64,000 bases of DNA from Elusimicrobiota bacterium (GTDB lineage: Bacteria > Elusimicrobiota > Elusimicrobia > FEN-1173), in assembly GCA_016715645.1 (NCBI GenBank), contig JADJZR010000004.1:37269-101268 (forward strand), read 5' to 3'. Numbering within the stretch: position 1 is the first letter of the stretch; each line of letters starts with the position of its first letter. The notes under the pieces are model-generated. The model did not search any database. It had not been told where the DNA came from and saw nothing but the letters and a program-made list of their open reading frames with translations. The position numbers and the translations under genes are program-made. Positions 49,354-59,189 of the stretch are shown here, in pieces.

Positions 49354-50889
49354 TTGCGTATTGCTTTGATTGATTTGGGTACTAACGCGGTGAGGTTTGA
49401 TGTTTATGAACTGTCGGGGCGGGGCGAACCGTGTCGGCTTCACCGGGAACGGCTGGCCGTGCGGTTGGGGGAGGGCGTTTTTGTTCGGGGCCGGTTGGCC
49501 CCGGCGGCCATCCGTCGGACCTTGGCGGCGTTTGTCAGTTTCAAAAAAACCTGTCATCGGTTGGGTGTCGATCGAATGACAGCGTTCGGTACCAGCGCCC
49601 TGCGCGATTCGGCCAACAGCGAACTGTTGTTAGGCCTGATCAAACGCCGCACCGGTATTGAGGTCCGTGTGATTTCCGGACAGGAAGAGGTTTGGTTGAT
49701 CGTTTAAGGCATTTTGGTCCATGAGAATCGTTTGGCCAAGGGGCTGGCGGCCTTGGTGGATATCGGCGGGGGAAGCGTGGAGATCACGCTGTGTCGGGGC
49801 CGTCGGTTGTTGAGGTCCACCAGTTTTAAGTTGGGCGTCGCCCGCCTGCAACAGGTCTTTTTAAAAACGATCCCTCCGCGCGCGGGGCCAGGGGAAAAGT
49901 CGCCCCTCGCCAAACTCCGTCGGCACGTTCGTGCCCTGTTGGCGGAGGGCGCTCCGCGAGGCGGGTGGCCAAACGTGTCTCGAATCGTGGGGTCGGCGGG
50001 CACCATTCGGGCCCTGGACCGGATTCATCGCGCCGCCGGCGGTGACTTTTTGACCCCCAAACACTTGAACCGATGGGCCGAGCATTTTTCAACCTTGTCC
50101 CGGACGGGGTTGGCCCGGGTTCCCGGCATGGATCCGAAACGGCCCGACACCATTCTGGCGGGGGTGGTTGTGTTGGAAGAAATAGCTCGGGCTTTAGGAT
50201 CTCCCCGGGTGGATCCGACGGATTATTCTCTCCGTGACGGCATGCTCGAAGAAGAAATCGAAACCGCCCGCCGGGGCGCGGGAACGGCGTTGGACTTCCA
50301 TTTAAAAGACGTTTTTGAGAAGGCCCGCGGGTGGGGGGTGCCGGTCCGTCATTTGCGACATGTGCAAGGGTTTGCCGAACGGTTGTTCGACCGCCTCGCG
50401 CCCCTTCACCGACTCGGCCGCGCCCATCGGGATTATTTAGTGGCCGCCGCGTGGCTTCAAGACGTGGGCGAGTTGATGAGCCCTGTCCATCACGAGCGCC
50501 ACTCGTATTACATGGTGAAAAACGGGGATTTTCCCGGAGTTGACGCGCGGGAATTGGAATGGATCGGGCAGTTGGTGCTGTGGCACAAAGGGGGCAAAAT
50601 TGATCGAACCGACGTTCCGTTCAAAGAAACCGCTCGCTGGAAAATATTTTGCCGGCTTCTTTCCCTGCTTCGAATCGTTGATGCTTTGGAAAAACCCCAA
50701 GCCCACCTTGTGACGCTCCGGGGGGTGCACCGGCAACGGGGTCGGGTGCGTTTGCGGCTGAAGGGCAATCGGTCGGCCGTGGATCTGGCCATTTTGAGGG
50801 TCGAACAAAAAAAAGAACTTTTCGAGAAAACTTTCCGTCGCACCCTCACCGCGGTGATTGATTCGTCTGCGAAAAAGTCTGTTCGTTGA
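49354..50889 (+). CDS. ppx: Ppx/GppA family exopolyphosphatase, interrupted by an in-frame TAA at 49705-49707
   Basis: ORFs 49354..49707 and 49714..50889 are in the same frame. Across the stop the sequence reads EVWLIV*GILVHENRLAKGLAALVDIGGGS, colinear with the Ppx/GppA motif. A C-terminal HD-like region is present. Confidence 0.75.
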
Positions 50890-53005
50890 GCGCGTGGTCG
50901 CGGCACAGGGGGGTGTCGCGGTATCGGCGTTTGGCCAATTCTTCAAAACAAGTTTGGGCCCGAACGGGTGTGGGCAGATGGAGAGAGTCGGGAAGCGGAC
51001 GCAACGCCGTCGTCGACCGCTTCCGCCAGGTCCCCTGCGGGGTCAGTTCCCGGGCTTTGACCGTGTCGGCCAAATAAATGGGGATGACCGTCTCCCGGAT
51101 GAAATGGCGCAGTCGATCGTCCAGAATGGGAAAGGCGATTTCGAGGCGGGAGAAAAAGTTTCGGGGCATCCAGTCGGCGCTGGACAAATACATGCGGTCC
51201 GAATCCCCGAAATAATAGATGCGGCTATGTTCCAGAAAACGGTCCACGATCGAAAGGACACGGATGTTGTCGCTCAGTCCTTTCACCTGCGGAATCAAGG
51301 AGCAGGCTCCCCGCACCATCAGGTTGACCTTCACCCCCGCTTGGGACGCCCGGTAGAGGCATTCGATAATTTTTTCGTCGACCAGCGCGTTCACTTTGGC
51401 AAACAAGCCGGCCGGTCGGCCCGTGAGGGCCGCGGCGGTTTCCGCCTCGATGGATTGAACCAGCAGGCGGTGCATCCGGGCGGGGGCCGGGACGACGGTC
51501 TTAAACCCGCCAGGGATTTCGCCGCGGCACAGGGCGTCAAAAAAGAGCCTGGCGTCTTCCCCGTATTCCGGTCGTGCCGAGAGGATAGCCAAATCTTCAT
51601 AGGCCCGCGCTGTGGCGGCGTTGTAATTACCGGTGGACAGGTGCGTGTAGAGGCGTTCGACATTGTTTTCAACACGGGTCACCAGCGCCACTTTGGCGTG
51701 AACCTTGAGACGCCCGAACCCAAAGGCCACTTCCACACCCGCTTTGCGCAGTTCGTCGGCCAAGCGGAGATTGTTCATCTCATCAAACCGGGCCCTCAAT
51801 TCGATCACCACACGCACTCGCTTTTTTTTCTCCGCGGCGTTTTTAAGCGCTTCAACGACTGGAGAAAGCGCGTCCATGCGGTAAACCGTTTGCTGAATGG
51901 AGGTCACTTTCGGGTCGTGGGCGGCGGCCCGAACAAAATTGACGTAACCCTCGAAACTTTCGTAAGGATGGTGGAGAAGGATGTCCCGGTGGTGAAGTTC
52001 TTCAAAGATGGATTTTTTGTCGGTCATGGCCGTCATGAGAAACGGTTGAAGGGGAGCGAGGCTGAGTCGGGGTTCTGTGCGCACCGGTTCGGGCAACCGG
52101 GCTGGGACGGACCAGAGCCCCGACAGATGAAGACTTCCCGGCGCCGGGTGGACTTGCCGAGGGGATAGGTGAAGGGCTGAAACGCATCGACCCAACAGGT
52201 CCACAGGGGCTTCCCCCCCGTATTGAAGGCGAACCGGCCGACCCCGGTCCCGGGATCCCACTCCGGTCCGAATGATGTCGGGAACCGTGGAAGGGTCCTC
52301 TTCGGAAATTTCCACGGGCATGTCGCCGTCGCGGGTGAGACGAAAAAGGGCGGGCACGTCCGGGAGCCGATAGGCGGGGCCGGCGTGGCTGAGGAGAAGG
52401 TCATCCAGGAAAAAAATCCGGCACGGCCCCGTGTCGGAAACGTCGATGTAAATCGGAGGCAATCGCCGGGACACGGTGATCCAAACGCCGGCCCGAAACA
52501 CCAGGGCACTCTTTAAATTTTCAAGGGAAGAGAGTCGGTGCGGTCGAAAAGGTTCCGGGGGCGGCAGGTGCGGCAATATCTCGTGGGAAAAAAGAGTTTG
52601 GCCCCGGAAAAACGCTTCGCTCTCCGCGGGCGGTCGTCGCACCAGGACCACGCCGGTCGGTTCCAAAGCCGTCGTCAAAAGGTCCAAGGTCTCCGTTTGT
52701 TTGGCCACGAGACCCGTCACCATGTCCAGCAGAGTGTTGCGGGTTTCGCGCAGATGGTGCGCCGTTTGCCGGTTTTGTTGGAGTCGGATGGACCGGTCTA
52801 AGGAAGCGTATCGGATCATGAAAAACTCGTCCAAATTTGATGCGGTGATGGCGAGAAATTTTAACCGTTCCAGGAGAGGGTTCGAGCTGGACCGGGCCTC
52901 GGCCAGTACCCGCTCGTTAAATTGAAGCCCGCTGAGGTCCCGGTGAATAAAAGGCCGCCGTGGAGAACTGAGAAGATGCGGAAGCGTAGGAAGAAAATGG
53001 TTCAC
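50846..53005 (-). CDS. ppk: polyphosphate kinase 1
   Basis: N-terminal FNERVL...NLDEFF and a C-terminal PLD-like tandem HKD architecture. 719 aa. Confidence 0.9.
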   Translation of the reverse strand: MNHFLPTLPHLLSSPRRPFIHRDLSGLQFNERVLAEARSSSNPLLERLKFLAITASNLDEFFMIRYASLDRSIRLQQNRQTAHHLRETRNTLLDMVTGLVAKQTETLDLLTTALEPTGVVLVRRPPAESEAFFRGQTLFSHEILPHLPPPEPFRPHRLSSLENLKSALVFRAGVWITVSRRLPPIYIDVSDTGPCRIFFLDDLLLSHAGPAYRLPDVPALFRLTRDGDMPVEISEEDPSTVPDIIRTGVGSRDRGRPVRLQYGGEAPVDLLGRCVSALHLSPRQVHPAPGSLHLSGLWSVPARLPEPVRTEPRLSLAPLQPFLMTAMTDKKSIFEELHHRDILLHHPYESFEGYVNFVRAAAHDPKVTSIQQTVYRMDALSPVVEALKNAAEKKKRVRVVIELRARFDEMNNLRLADELRKAGVEVAFGFGRLKVHAKVALVTRVENNVERLYTHLSTGNYNAATARAYEDLAILSARPEYGEDARLFFDALCRGEIPGGFKTVVPAPARMHRLLVQSIEAETAAALTGRPAGLFAKVNALVDEKIIECLYRASQAGVKVNLMVRGACSLIPQVKGLSDNIRVLSIVDRFLEHSRIYYFGDSDRMYLSSADWMPRNFFSRLEIAFPILDDRLRHFIRETVIPIYLADTVKARELTPQGTWRKRSTTALRPLPDSLHLPTPVRAQTCFEELAKRRYRDTPLCRDHALNEQTFSQTNQSPR

Positions 53006-53055
53006 GGAACGTTCATCGATTTCATCGCGAAGATAACCAATACCAGCCGAGTGGG

Positions 53056-53736
53056 CTACGAGGTTTGTGGATCAATGGCCGAATGGCCATGGCGAATGTC
53101 TTTGCCGAGGACCATGTAGACGACGTCTTCGGCGATGTTGGTGGCGTGGTCGCCGATGCGTTCCATGTTTTTGGACAGCAAGATCAATTCCACAAAGGCT
53201 TCCGACCGGGGCGGATCCGTCCGGATCAACGAAATTAAATCCGTCAAGGCTTTCGCTTTCAACCGGTCTTCTTCTTCGTCTTCCAACAACACTTTTTGGG
53301 CCAATTGCACGTCGCGCCGGGCGTAAGCGTCTAAACTTTCGCGCAACATTTTTTGGGCCACCTCGGCCATGCGCGTCACCCAATCCAGCTGAGGGACCGG
53401 CGGTTCTTTAAAAAGGTGGTAATAGCCGGTCTGGCCGGCGTTGACGGCCATGTCGGCGATGCGTTCCAAATCGGTGTTGACTTTCAAAGCGGCTGTGAGA
53501 AACCGCAGATCCACCGCCATGGGCTGATGCAGGGCCAAGAGTTTGACCACCGTATCGTCGATGTCCATGTGGAGCCGGTTGGCTTCGGTTTCCATGGTGA
53601 AGACTTCTTCCGTGAGGGCGCTGTCGCGTTCGACCAGGGCCTTGACGGTTTTCTGGATCATGGACTCGCAGAGAGCCCCCATGCCCAAAATCTTTTTTTC
53701 CAGCGCTTTCAAGTCGTGGTCAAAGTGTCGGTCCAT
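53056..53736 (-). CDS. phoU: PhoU (copy 2)
   Basis: Two PhoU repeats (..LERIADMAVN.. and ..RIGDHATNIAEDV..). Confidence 0.85.
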   Translation of the reverse strand: MDRHFDHDLKALEKKILGMGALCESMIQKTVKALVERDSALTEEVFTMETEANRLHMDIDDTVVKLLALHQPMAVDLRFLTAALKVNTDLERIADMAVNAGQTGYYHLFKEPPVPQLDWVTRMAEVAQKMLRESLDAYARRDVQLAQKVLLEDEEEDRLKAKALTDLISLIRTDPPRSEAFVELILLSKNMERIGDHATNIAEDVVYMVLGKDIRHGHSAIDPQTS

Positions 53737-54542
53737 TATCCAAATCTCCCTGTGATGTAATCTTCGGTCAGTTTATTCGACGGGTTGGTGAAAATCTTTT
53801 CGGTGCGGTCGAATTCCGCCAGTTCGCCGATGTACATGAACCCGGTGAAATCGGACACTCGGGCCGCCTGCTGCATGTTGTGGGTGACAATAAGGATAGT
53901 CACGCGGGTTTTTAACTCGGCCACCAGTTCTTCCACTTTCCCCGTGGCGATAGGGTCCAACGCGCTGGTGGGCTCGTCAAACAGAATGATTTCCGGGTCG
54001 GTCACCAACGCCCGGGCGATACACAGGCGTTGTTGTTGTCCACCGGAAAGGTTGGCGCCCAAAGAATGAAGCCGGTCTTTCACTTCGTCCCACAGGGCGG
54101 CTCCGCGCAAGGCCTGTTCTACCCGCTCGTTGATATCGGATTTTTTGAGGTCTCCGCGCACGCGCAGTCCGTAAGCCACGTTTTCAAAAACAGTTTTTGG
54201 AAACGGATTCGCTTTCTGAAACACCATGCTGATCCGCATCCGGACCTCGATGGGATCCACGTCGGCTCCCAGGATGTTGGTGTTTTCGGGAAGGAGGCGA
54301 ATGCCGCCCCCGTCGTAGCGGTTGCCGGGATACAGATCGTGCATGCGGTTGAAACAACGCAGAAGGGTCGTTTTTCCGCATCCGGACGGGCCGATGAGCG
54401 CGGTCACCTTTTTTTCCGCCACCGAGAGGGTGATGTTTTTTAACACCCGGTGGGTGCCGTAATAAAAGCTGAGGTCTTGCACGCGGGCCTTGACGGCGGC
54501 CCCCGCCAGGACGTCGGGGGAAACGTTGAGGGTTTCTACCAT
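53736..54542 (-). CDS. pstB: phosphate ABC transporter ATPase PstB (copy 3, intact)
   Basis: [37 protein letters not shown]...[15 protein letters not shown]...[12 protein letters not shown]...YITGRFG. Start taken at MVETLNV. Confidence 0.85.
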   Translation of the reverse strand: MVETLNVSPDVLAGAAVKARVQDLSFYYGTHRVLKNITLSVAEKKVTALIGPSGCGKTTLLRCFNRMHDLYPGNRYDGGGIRLLPENTNILGADVDPIEVRMRISMVFQKANPFPKTVFENVAYGLRVRGDLKKSDINERVEQALRGAALWDEVKDRLHSLGANLSGGQQQRLCIARALVTDPEIILFDEPTSALDPIATGKVEELVAELKTRVTILIVTHNMQQAARVSDFTGFMYIGELAEFDRTEKIFTNPSNKLTEDYITGRFG

Positions 54543-55444
54543 TTTATCCTCTTTCGGAACCGATATCGAATCCAGATGGCCGCGCCGTTCATGGCCAGGG
54601 TCATGGCCATGAGCGTTAATCCCGCGGCGGCGGCGTTGAGGTGAAACGCTTTTTGCGGGCGGGAGACCCAATTGAACGCTTGAATGGGCAACACGGTGTA
54701 AGGCGATTTCAACCATTCAAAAGAAAGAAAAGGAAACGTTCCGGTAAAGGGAGAGGCCGGCAGAAAGGCGATAAACGTGAGCGCGCCGATGGTGATCAGC
54801 GGGGCGCTTTCCCCAATGGCTCGGGACAGGCCGATGATAACGCCCGTCAAAATGCCGCCCGCCGAATAGGGCAAAATGTGATGGCGAATCATTTGCCATT
54901 TGGTGGCGCCCACGGCAAAGGCGGCTTCCCGGATAGAGCCGGGGATGGTGCGAATGGCTTCCCGGGTGGCCATAATCACGATCGGTAAGATGAGAAGGGC
55001 CAGGGTAAGTCCCGCGGTCAAAATGCTCATCCCAAATTGAAATTTATAAACGAAAAGGCCCAAAGCCATCAGGCCGTAGACAATGGAGGGAACCCCCGCC
55101 AGGTTGGCGATGTTGATCTCGATCAAGGTGGTCATAACATTTTTGGGCGCGTATTCTTCCAGGTAAACCCCGGCCGCGACGCCCATGGGCACGGCCGCGA
55201 GGGCGGTGACGAACATGACCACGCCAGTACCCACCCAGGCGGACAGAATGCCCGCCTTGTCCGGGAATCGGGAAGGAAACGCAGTGAAAAAATTCCAATT
55301 AAGCCGGGCGGTTCCGTCCCAGGCCAGGTCGATCATGAGGGCCAACAACGTCACGATCCCCACCAGCGTGGCGATCAGTCCCACCAAAGAAAACACTTTG
55401 TCGGTGCGTTTGCGTTGGGCGATGTCTTTGCGGATTTTCATCAA
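54536..55444 (-). CDS. pstA: PstA (copy 2)
   Basis: PstA-type permease, 302 aa. Confidence 0.85.
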   Translation of the reverse strand: MMKIRKDIAQRKRTDKVFSLVGLIATLVGIVTLLALMIDLAWDGTARLNWNFFTAFPSRFPDKAGILSAWVGTGVVMFVTALAAVPMGVAAGVYLEEYAPKNVMTTLIEINIANLAGVPSIVYGLMALGLFVYKFQFGMSILTAGLTLALLILPIVIMATREAIRTIPGSIREAAFAVGATKWQMIRHHILPYSAGGILTGVIIGLSRAIGESAPLITIGALTFIAFLPASPFTGTFPFLSFEWLKSPYTVLPIQAFNWVSRPQKAFHLNAAAAGLTLMAMTLAMNGAAIWIRYRFRKRIKW

Positions 55445-56427
55445 TATTTCTCCCGGAACCGTTTGCGCAAAACGTGGCCGCCGATATTAAACACCAGGGT
55501 CATCAGCATCAACGTCAGGCCCGCGGCAAAAATGGTTTGGTAGCCCAAACTTCCGTGGGGCAGATCGCCCAACGACACCTGCACGATGTAGGCGGTGATG
55601 GTGGCCGCGGGTTCCATGGGATTGAAGGTCAAGTGGGGTTGCATCCCGGCGGCGATGGCGACGACCATCGTTTCACCGATGGCCCGGGAAAAACCCAACA
55701 CGTAAGCCGCCGCAACGCCGCTCAGGGCCGCTGGGAAAACGACCCGGGTGGACGTCTGAAACCGGGTGGCCCCCATGGCGTAGCTGGCTTCCCGCAGGTG
55801 CATGGGCACGGCCCGCATGGCGTCTTCCGAAAGGGAGCTCACGTAGGGGATGATCATCACTCCGATGACCAACCCCGCCGACAGCATGTTGAACCCGGGA
55901 AGCGATGGAATGAAGTGGCGCAAAAGGGGTGTCACGAACAACAAGGCGAAATAGCCGTAAACCACGGTCGGCACGGCGGTGAGAAGTTCCAGAAAAGGTT
56001 TCACCACTTCACGCACCCGGTGGGGGGCGTATTCCGACAGATAAATGGCCGTGATGGTTCCCACCGGCAACGCCAGGCACAAGGCCACCGCGGCGACGGT
56101 AGCCGTCCCGGCCACCAGGGGCATGATGCCGTAGTGGGCGTCGTCAAAAAGCGGTGTCCATTGGGTGTCCGTTAAAAACGTGAACAACGAAACCTGCTTA
56201 AAAAAGGCAAGCGATTCAAACCCCAAAATTCCCACAATTCCCAAGGTGATGGCAATGGACGACGCGGCGGCCAAAAAGAGGGTAGCTTGGATGGCCCGTT
56301 CTTGCCAGCGCTGAAGAAGCCCCGGTCCCCGTAAGCGGGGCAAGGGGGACAAACGATGAACACCGCCCGGCAACGAGGTTTCCCTCGTTACCGGGCGGTT
56401 CGATGCACGATGAGTCACCAAAGACAT
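55441..56427 (-). CDS. pstC: PstC (copy 2)
   Basis: PstC-type permease, 328 aa. Confidence 0.85.
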   Translation of the reverse strand: MSLVTHRASNRPVTRETSLPGGVHRLSPLPRLRGPGLLQRWQERAIQATLFLAAASSIAITLGIVGILGFESLAFFKQVSLFTFLTDTQWTPLFDDAHYGIMPLVAGTATVAAVALCLALPVGTITAIYLSEYAPHRVREVVKPFLELLTAVPTVVYGYFALLFVTPLLRHFIPSLPGFNMLSAGLVIGVMIIPYVSSLSEDAMRAVPMHLREASYAMGATRFQTSTRVVFPAALSGVAAAYVLGFSRAIGETMVVAIAAGMQPHLTFNPMEPAATITAYIVQVSLGDLPHGSLGYQTIFAAGLTLMLMTLVFNIGGHVLRKRFREKY

Positions 56428-56465
56428 AGATAGTCCTTAAAACCCAAGCCCCAACCGATGAAGCC

Positions 56466-57461
56466 CTAGAGTTTTGGTTTTCGGTTCAACAGTTCGGAGA
56501 TCGGAACGCCCACTTCGGATTTTCCGCCGAAAGCGGTTCCTGTCTGCCCTTTCTGGAACCGGTACAGAACGCTATTATACTCTTCTGCGGGGAGGGGAAC
56601 ATATTTAACTTCGTTCACGAGTTCCTGGGCGTGTTTAATATAAAACTCCACGTAGCGTTTCACCTCGGGTCTCCGGGCCGATTTTTTTGAGACGTAGATG
56701 AAGATCGGCCGGGACAAGGGAGCGTAGGTCCCGCTTTTCACCGTTTCCATGGCAGGGGAGACTCCGCCTTTTCCGCCGTCCACCGCGACCGCTTTAAGGG
56801 TTTCCATGTTTTCCAGGTAGTAGGCCAAACCAAAATACCCCAGACCGCCCTCGTCGTTGGTCACGCCTTGCACCAGGATATTGTCATCTTCCGAGGCGGT
56901 GAAATCGCCCCGGCTGGACTTGGCTTTGCCCACGATGGCTTCCGTGAAGTAGTCGAAGGTTCCCGAATCGGCCCCCGGACCGTACAGTTTCAACGGTTTG
57001 TCGGGCCAGGCGGGGTTGACTTGTTTCCAGGTTTTGATGTTGCCCTGGGCGGCGGGTTCCCATATTTTTTTAAGGTGCGCCACGGTCATGGTTTGGGCCC
57101 AGTTGTTTTTGGGGTTAATGACCACGGTCAACGCGTCGAACGCCACGGGGAGCTCAATGTATTGGATCCCGGCTTCCAGACACGCGTCCATTTCCTTGCG
57201 CAGAATGGGTCGTGACGCGTTGGAAATGTCGGTTTCTCCCCGGCAGAACTTCTTGAACCCCCCGCCGGTGCCCGAGATGCCCACGGTGACTTGGGTGGGT
57301 TCCGATTTCATGAACTCTTCCGACACCGCTTCGGTAATGGGGAACACGGTGCTGGACCCATCAATTTTGATCACATCCTTGGCGGCCCAGAGGCCGGGAG
57401 CGAAGGCGAGAACGAACGTGCCCGCCAGAAACCCTTTCATTGTTTTACGCATTGTGTCCAT
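56466..57461 (-). CDS. pstS: PstS phosphate-binding protein (copy 2)
   Basis: Signal peptide plus the PstS phosphate-binding fold (GSSTVFPITEAV... GISGTGGG). Confidence 0.8.
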   Translation of the reverse strand: MDTMRKTMKGFLAGTFVLAFAPGLWAAKDVIKIDGSSTVFPITEAVSEEFMKSEPTQVTVGISGTGGGFKKFCRGETDISNASRPILRKEMDACLEAGIQYIELPVAFDALTVVINPKNNWAQTMTVAHLKKIWEPAAQGNIKTWKQVNPAWPDKPLKLYGPGADSGTFDYFTEAIVGKAKSSRGDFTASEDDNILVQGVTNDEGGLGYFGLAYYLENMETLKAVAVDGGKGGVSPAMETVKSGTYAPLSRPIFIYVSKKSARRPEVKRYVEFYIKHAQELVNEVKYVPLPAEEYNSVLYRFQKGQTGTAFGGKSEVGVPISELLNRKPKL

Positions 57462-57466
57462 CCTCC

Positions 57467-58603
57467 TTAGAATTTAACCTGCAAGTCGACTTGTAGCAAT
57501 TGAATATCATGTTTTGTGCCGTCGATTTTTCTGGTGTCAAAATACTTGGCTTTAAGTTGAGTTACGTCCGATACCCCGTAGGCGAGCCAATAAATGTTAC
57601 CAACTCGGTTCGTCCCGGGGAAGTCGGAATCGTTGATGTCATCTTCGGTGGCGTCTTTGCCCACGGATTTTCGGAAGAACGCGGCTTCGAACCCTCTCTT
57701 CTTATCGGCCTTGCCCACAATTCCACCGGCCTGGAAACCGGTATTGTCATTCGGTTTAATGGACTCTCGGCTGGCCGTGTTTTTAATGAATGATCCTTGG
57801 ATCGATAAAGGCACATCAATGACCGGCAGGTTTGTGAATATTTCCCCGGTCACTTCGTTGACCCGGATATCGTTGGGAAACGTGTTGGTCCCCTGGGCCT
57901 TTCCCGGACTGGTGGTAAAGGTTTTGGAGGACTCGTTGACGAAATCATGAATCGCCCCGGCCAAGGTTATACGTGAATCAAACGGGAGTGGAAGAGTCAT
58001 TCCGACCTGATTAGAAAAAAGGTATTGGGGTCGATTGAGGGGAGCAGATCCAGCCACGTCCTCGTTGATCACGGACTGGAGGGCATTAAAGAAAACCCGT
58101 GAGTTTCCCAGTCGTAGTTTAAAAGTTTCCGCAATGCCTTCCGGGTTGTAATCCGTGTCCCACACAATGTCGGAGGCGTAGGCCTGCCACAGCGGATTTT
58201 TCATTCGCCCGCCGTAGAGTCCCACACCCTCCAGGGGTTTGAAATCAACATAAGCCAAATCAACCCAGACTTGCTTTTGGGCGGAGTTGTTGCCCAGGCT
58301 CTGGTTGGTGGAAGTCTGCTCTCCTGTTCCGGAAGCCAGTTGGGTTTTGACGCTGAGCTTAGAATCCAGCTTGTAATTCATCCCGATCCGGAGCCGATAC
58401 CGTTGACGATTGCTGGTCCTGTTGTCTTTGGTGGATGGAAATGTTTCTGTTTTAGATTCCTGGCGCAGACGAATGTCTCCTTTAATCTCAAGTTCACCGG
58501 CGTTTCCCAACTTGAGTTCAGCCGCGCTCAGGCTCGATCCGGCCAAGGCCGCAACCGCGCCCAGGACCATGTATTTGAACGATGCTCGTTGACGACGATT
58601 CAT
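57467..58603 (-). CDS. outer-membrane beta-barrel porin (candidate phosphate-selective porin), probably co-transcribed with pst copy 2
   Basis: Signal peptide MNRRQRASFKYMVLGAVAALAGSSLSAAE, alternating beta-strand pattern and a C-terminal aromatic (..DLQVKF). A GGGGAGGA RBS precedes the start. Only 5 nt separate it from pstS. Confidence 0.6.
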   Translation of the reverse strand: MNRRQRASFKYMVLGAVAALAGSSLSAAELKLGNAGELEIKGDIRLRQESKTETFPSTKDNRTSNRQRYRLRIGMNYKLDSKLSVKTQLASGTGEQTSTNQSLGNNSAQKQVWVDLAYVDFKPLEGVGLYGGRMKNPLWQAYASDIVWDTDYNPEGIAETFKLRLGNSRVFFNALQSVINEDVAGSAPLNRPQYLFSNQVGMTLPLPFDSRITLAGAIHDFVNESSKTFTTSPGKAQGTNTFPNDIRVNEVTGEIFTNLPVIDVPLSIQGSFIKNTASRESIKPNDNTGFQAGGIVGKADKKRGFEAAFFRKSVGKDATEDDINDSDFPGTNRVGNIYWLAYGVSDVTQLKAKYFDTRKIDGTKHDIQLLQVDLQVKF

Positions 58604-58622
58604 TGGTGTTTCCTCCCCTTGG

Positions 58623-58793
58623 TTAAGCGGCCCGGCGTAGTTGCCGGACGCTTTTTTCGATGTTTTGGATCCGATAGACGACGGCGTCGGCATCCATATC
58701 GTTGTTTTCCAGATCTTTCAGTGTTTCGCGAACGCGCGCTTCCGTTTCTTGAAGCGCGGCCCGGATTTGTTCCGCCTTGCTTGTGTGTCCCAT
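58623..58793 (-). CDS. small hypothetical protein (56 aa), not in the supplied ORF track
   Basis: ATG is preceded by a strong AAGGAGGT RBS 7 nt upstream. Predicted helical peptide MGHTSKAEQIRAALQETEARVRETLKDLENNDMDADAVVYRIQNIEKSVRQLRRAA. Heads the porin-pst transcription unit. Confidence 0.45.
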   Translation of the reverse strand: MGHTSKAEQIRAALQETEARVRETLKDLENNDMDADAVVYRIQNIEKSVRQLRRAA

Positions 58794-58874
58794 GCGGGGA
58801 CCTCCTTTTCGTCCTTTGTTTTGGAAACACTTTACCCGGAGCGGAGCGCAAAGGCCATTGTGGACATGTAAATC

Positions 58875-58892
58875 CTATGTGACGAACGCGTG
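58875..58892 (-). promoter_or_regulatory. candidate Pho-box-like operator: two 7-bp direct repeats separated by 4 bp
   Basis: Minus strand reads CCGTCAC-GCGT-TCGTCAC followed by ATAGGAT. E. coli-type Pho box is CTGTCAT-AAAA-CTGTCAC. Lies ~80 nt upstream of the small ORF ATG. Confidence 0.3.
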
Positions 58893-59040
58893 ACGGTTCC
58901 TTTACCGTCGAGAGATTCATTCCGAAATTGTCCGCAAGTCCCTGATTTGCGACGTGGATCGACGATAAAATAGACCCTAAAAAATTTACACGCTTTTTTT
59001 TTCGCCGAGGAAGAGACCTTTTAAGACGGAAAAAGAAACC

Positions 59041-59071
59041 CTTGACAGCCACTAGGGATGGTGGTGTAAGA
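59041..59071 (+). promoter_or_regulatory. candidate sigma70-type promoter upstream of nrdR (TTGACA...TAAGAT); a second extended -10 TGgTATAAT lies at 59140-59150
   Basis: TTGACA at 59041-59046 and TGTAAGAT 17-19 nt downstream. TGGTATAAT at 59142-59150 precedes an AGGAGG at 59155-59160. Confidence 0.35.
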
Positions 59072-59189
59072 TACGCCTTGCCACAAGCCCTGGCCGCAAC
59101 GAAGAGGTCGGGGACACCCAAACAACAACACGAACTACAAGATGTGGTATAATCCCAGGAGGAAGACTACCACCAATTGTGTGAGACCT

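Noticed and set aside
54543-54716. N-terminal extension of pstB copy 3 (ORF start 54716), overlapping pstA.
   Set aside because: The extension overlaps the pstA 3' end in another frame. The internal MVETLNV start gives a canonical PstB N-terminus.
59169-59183. Calling the palindrome at 59169-59183 a bona fide NrdR box.
   Set aside because: Similarity to the 16-bp NrdR-box consensus is partial and no second box in phase was seen. It is kept only as a low-interest note.
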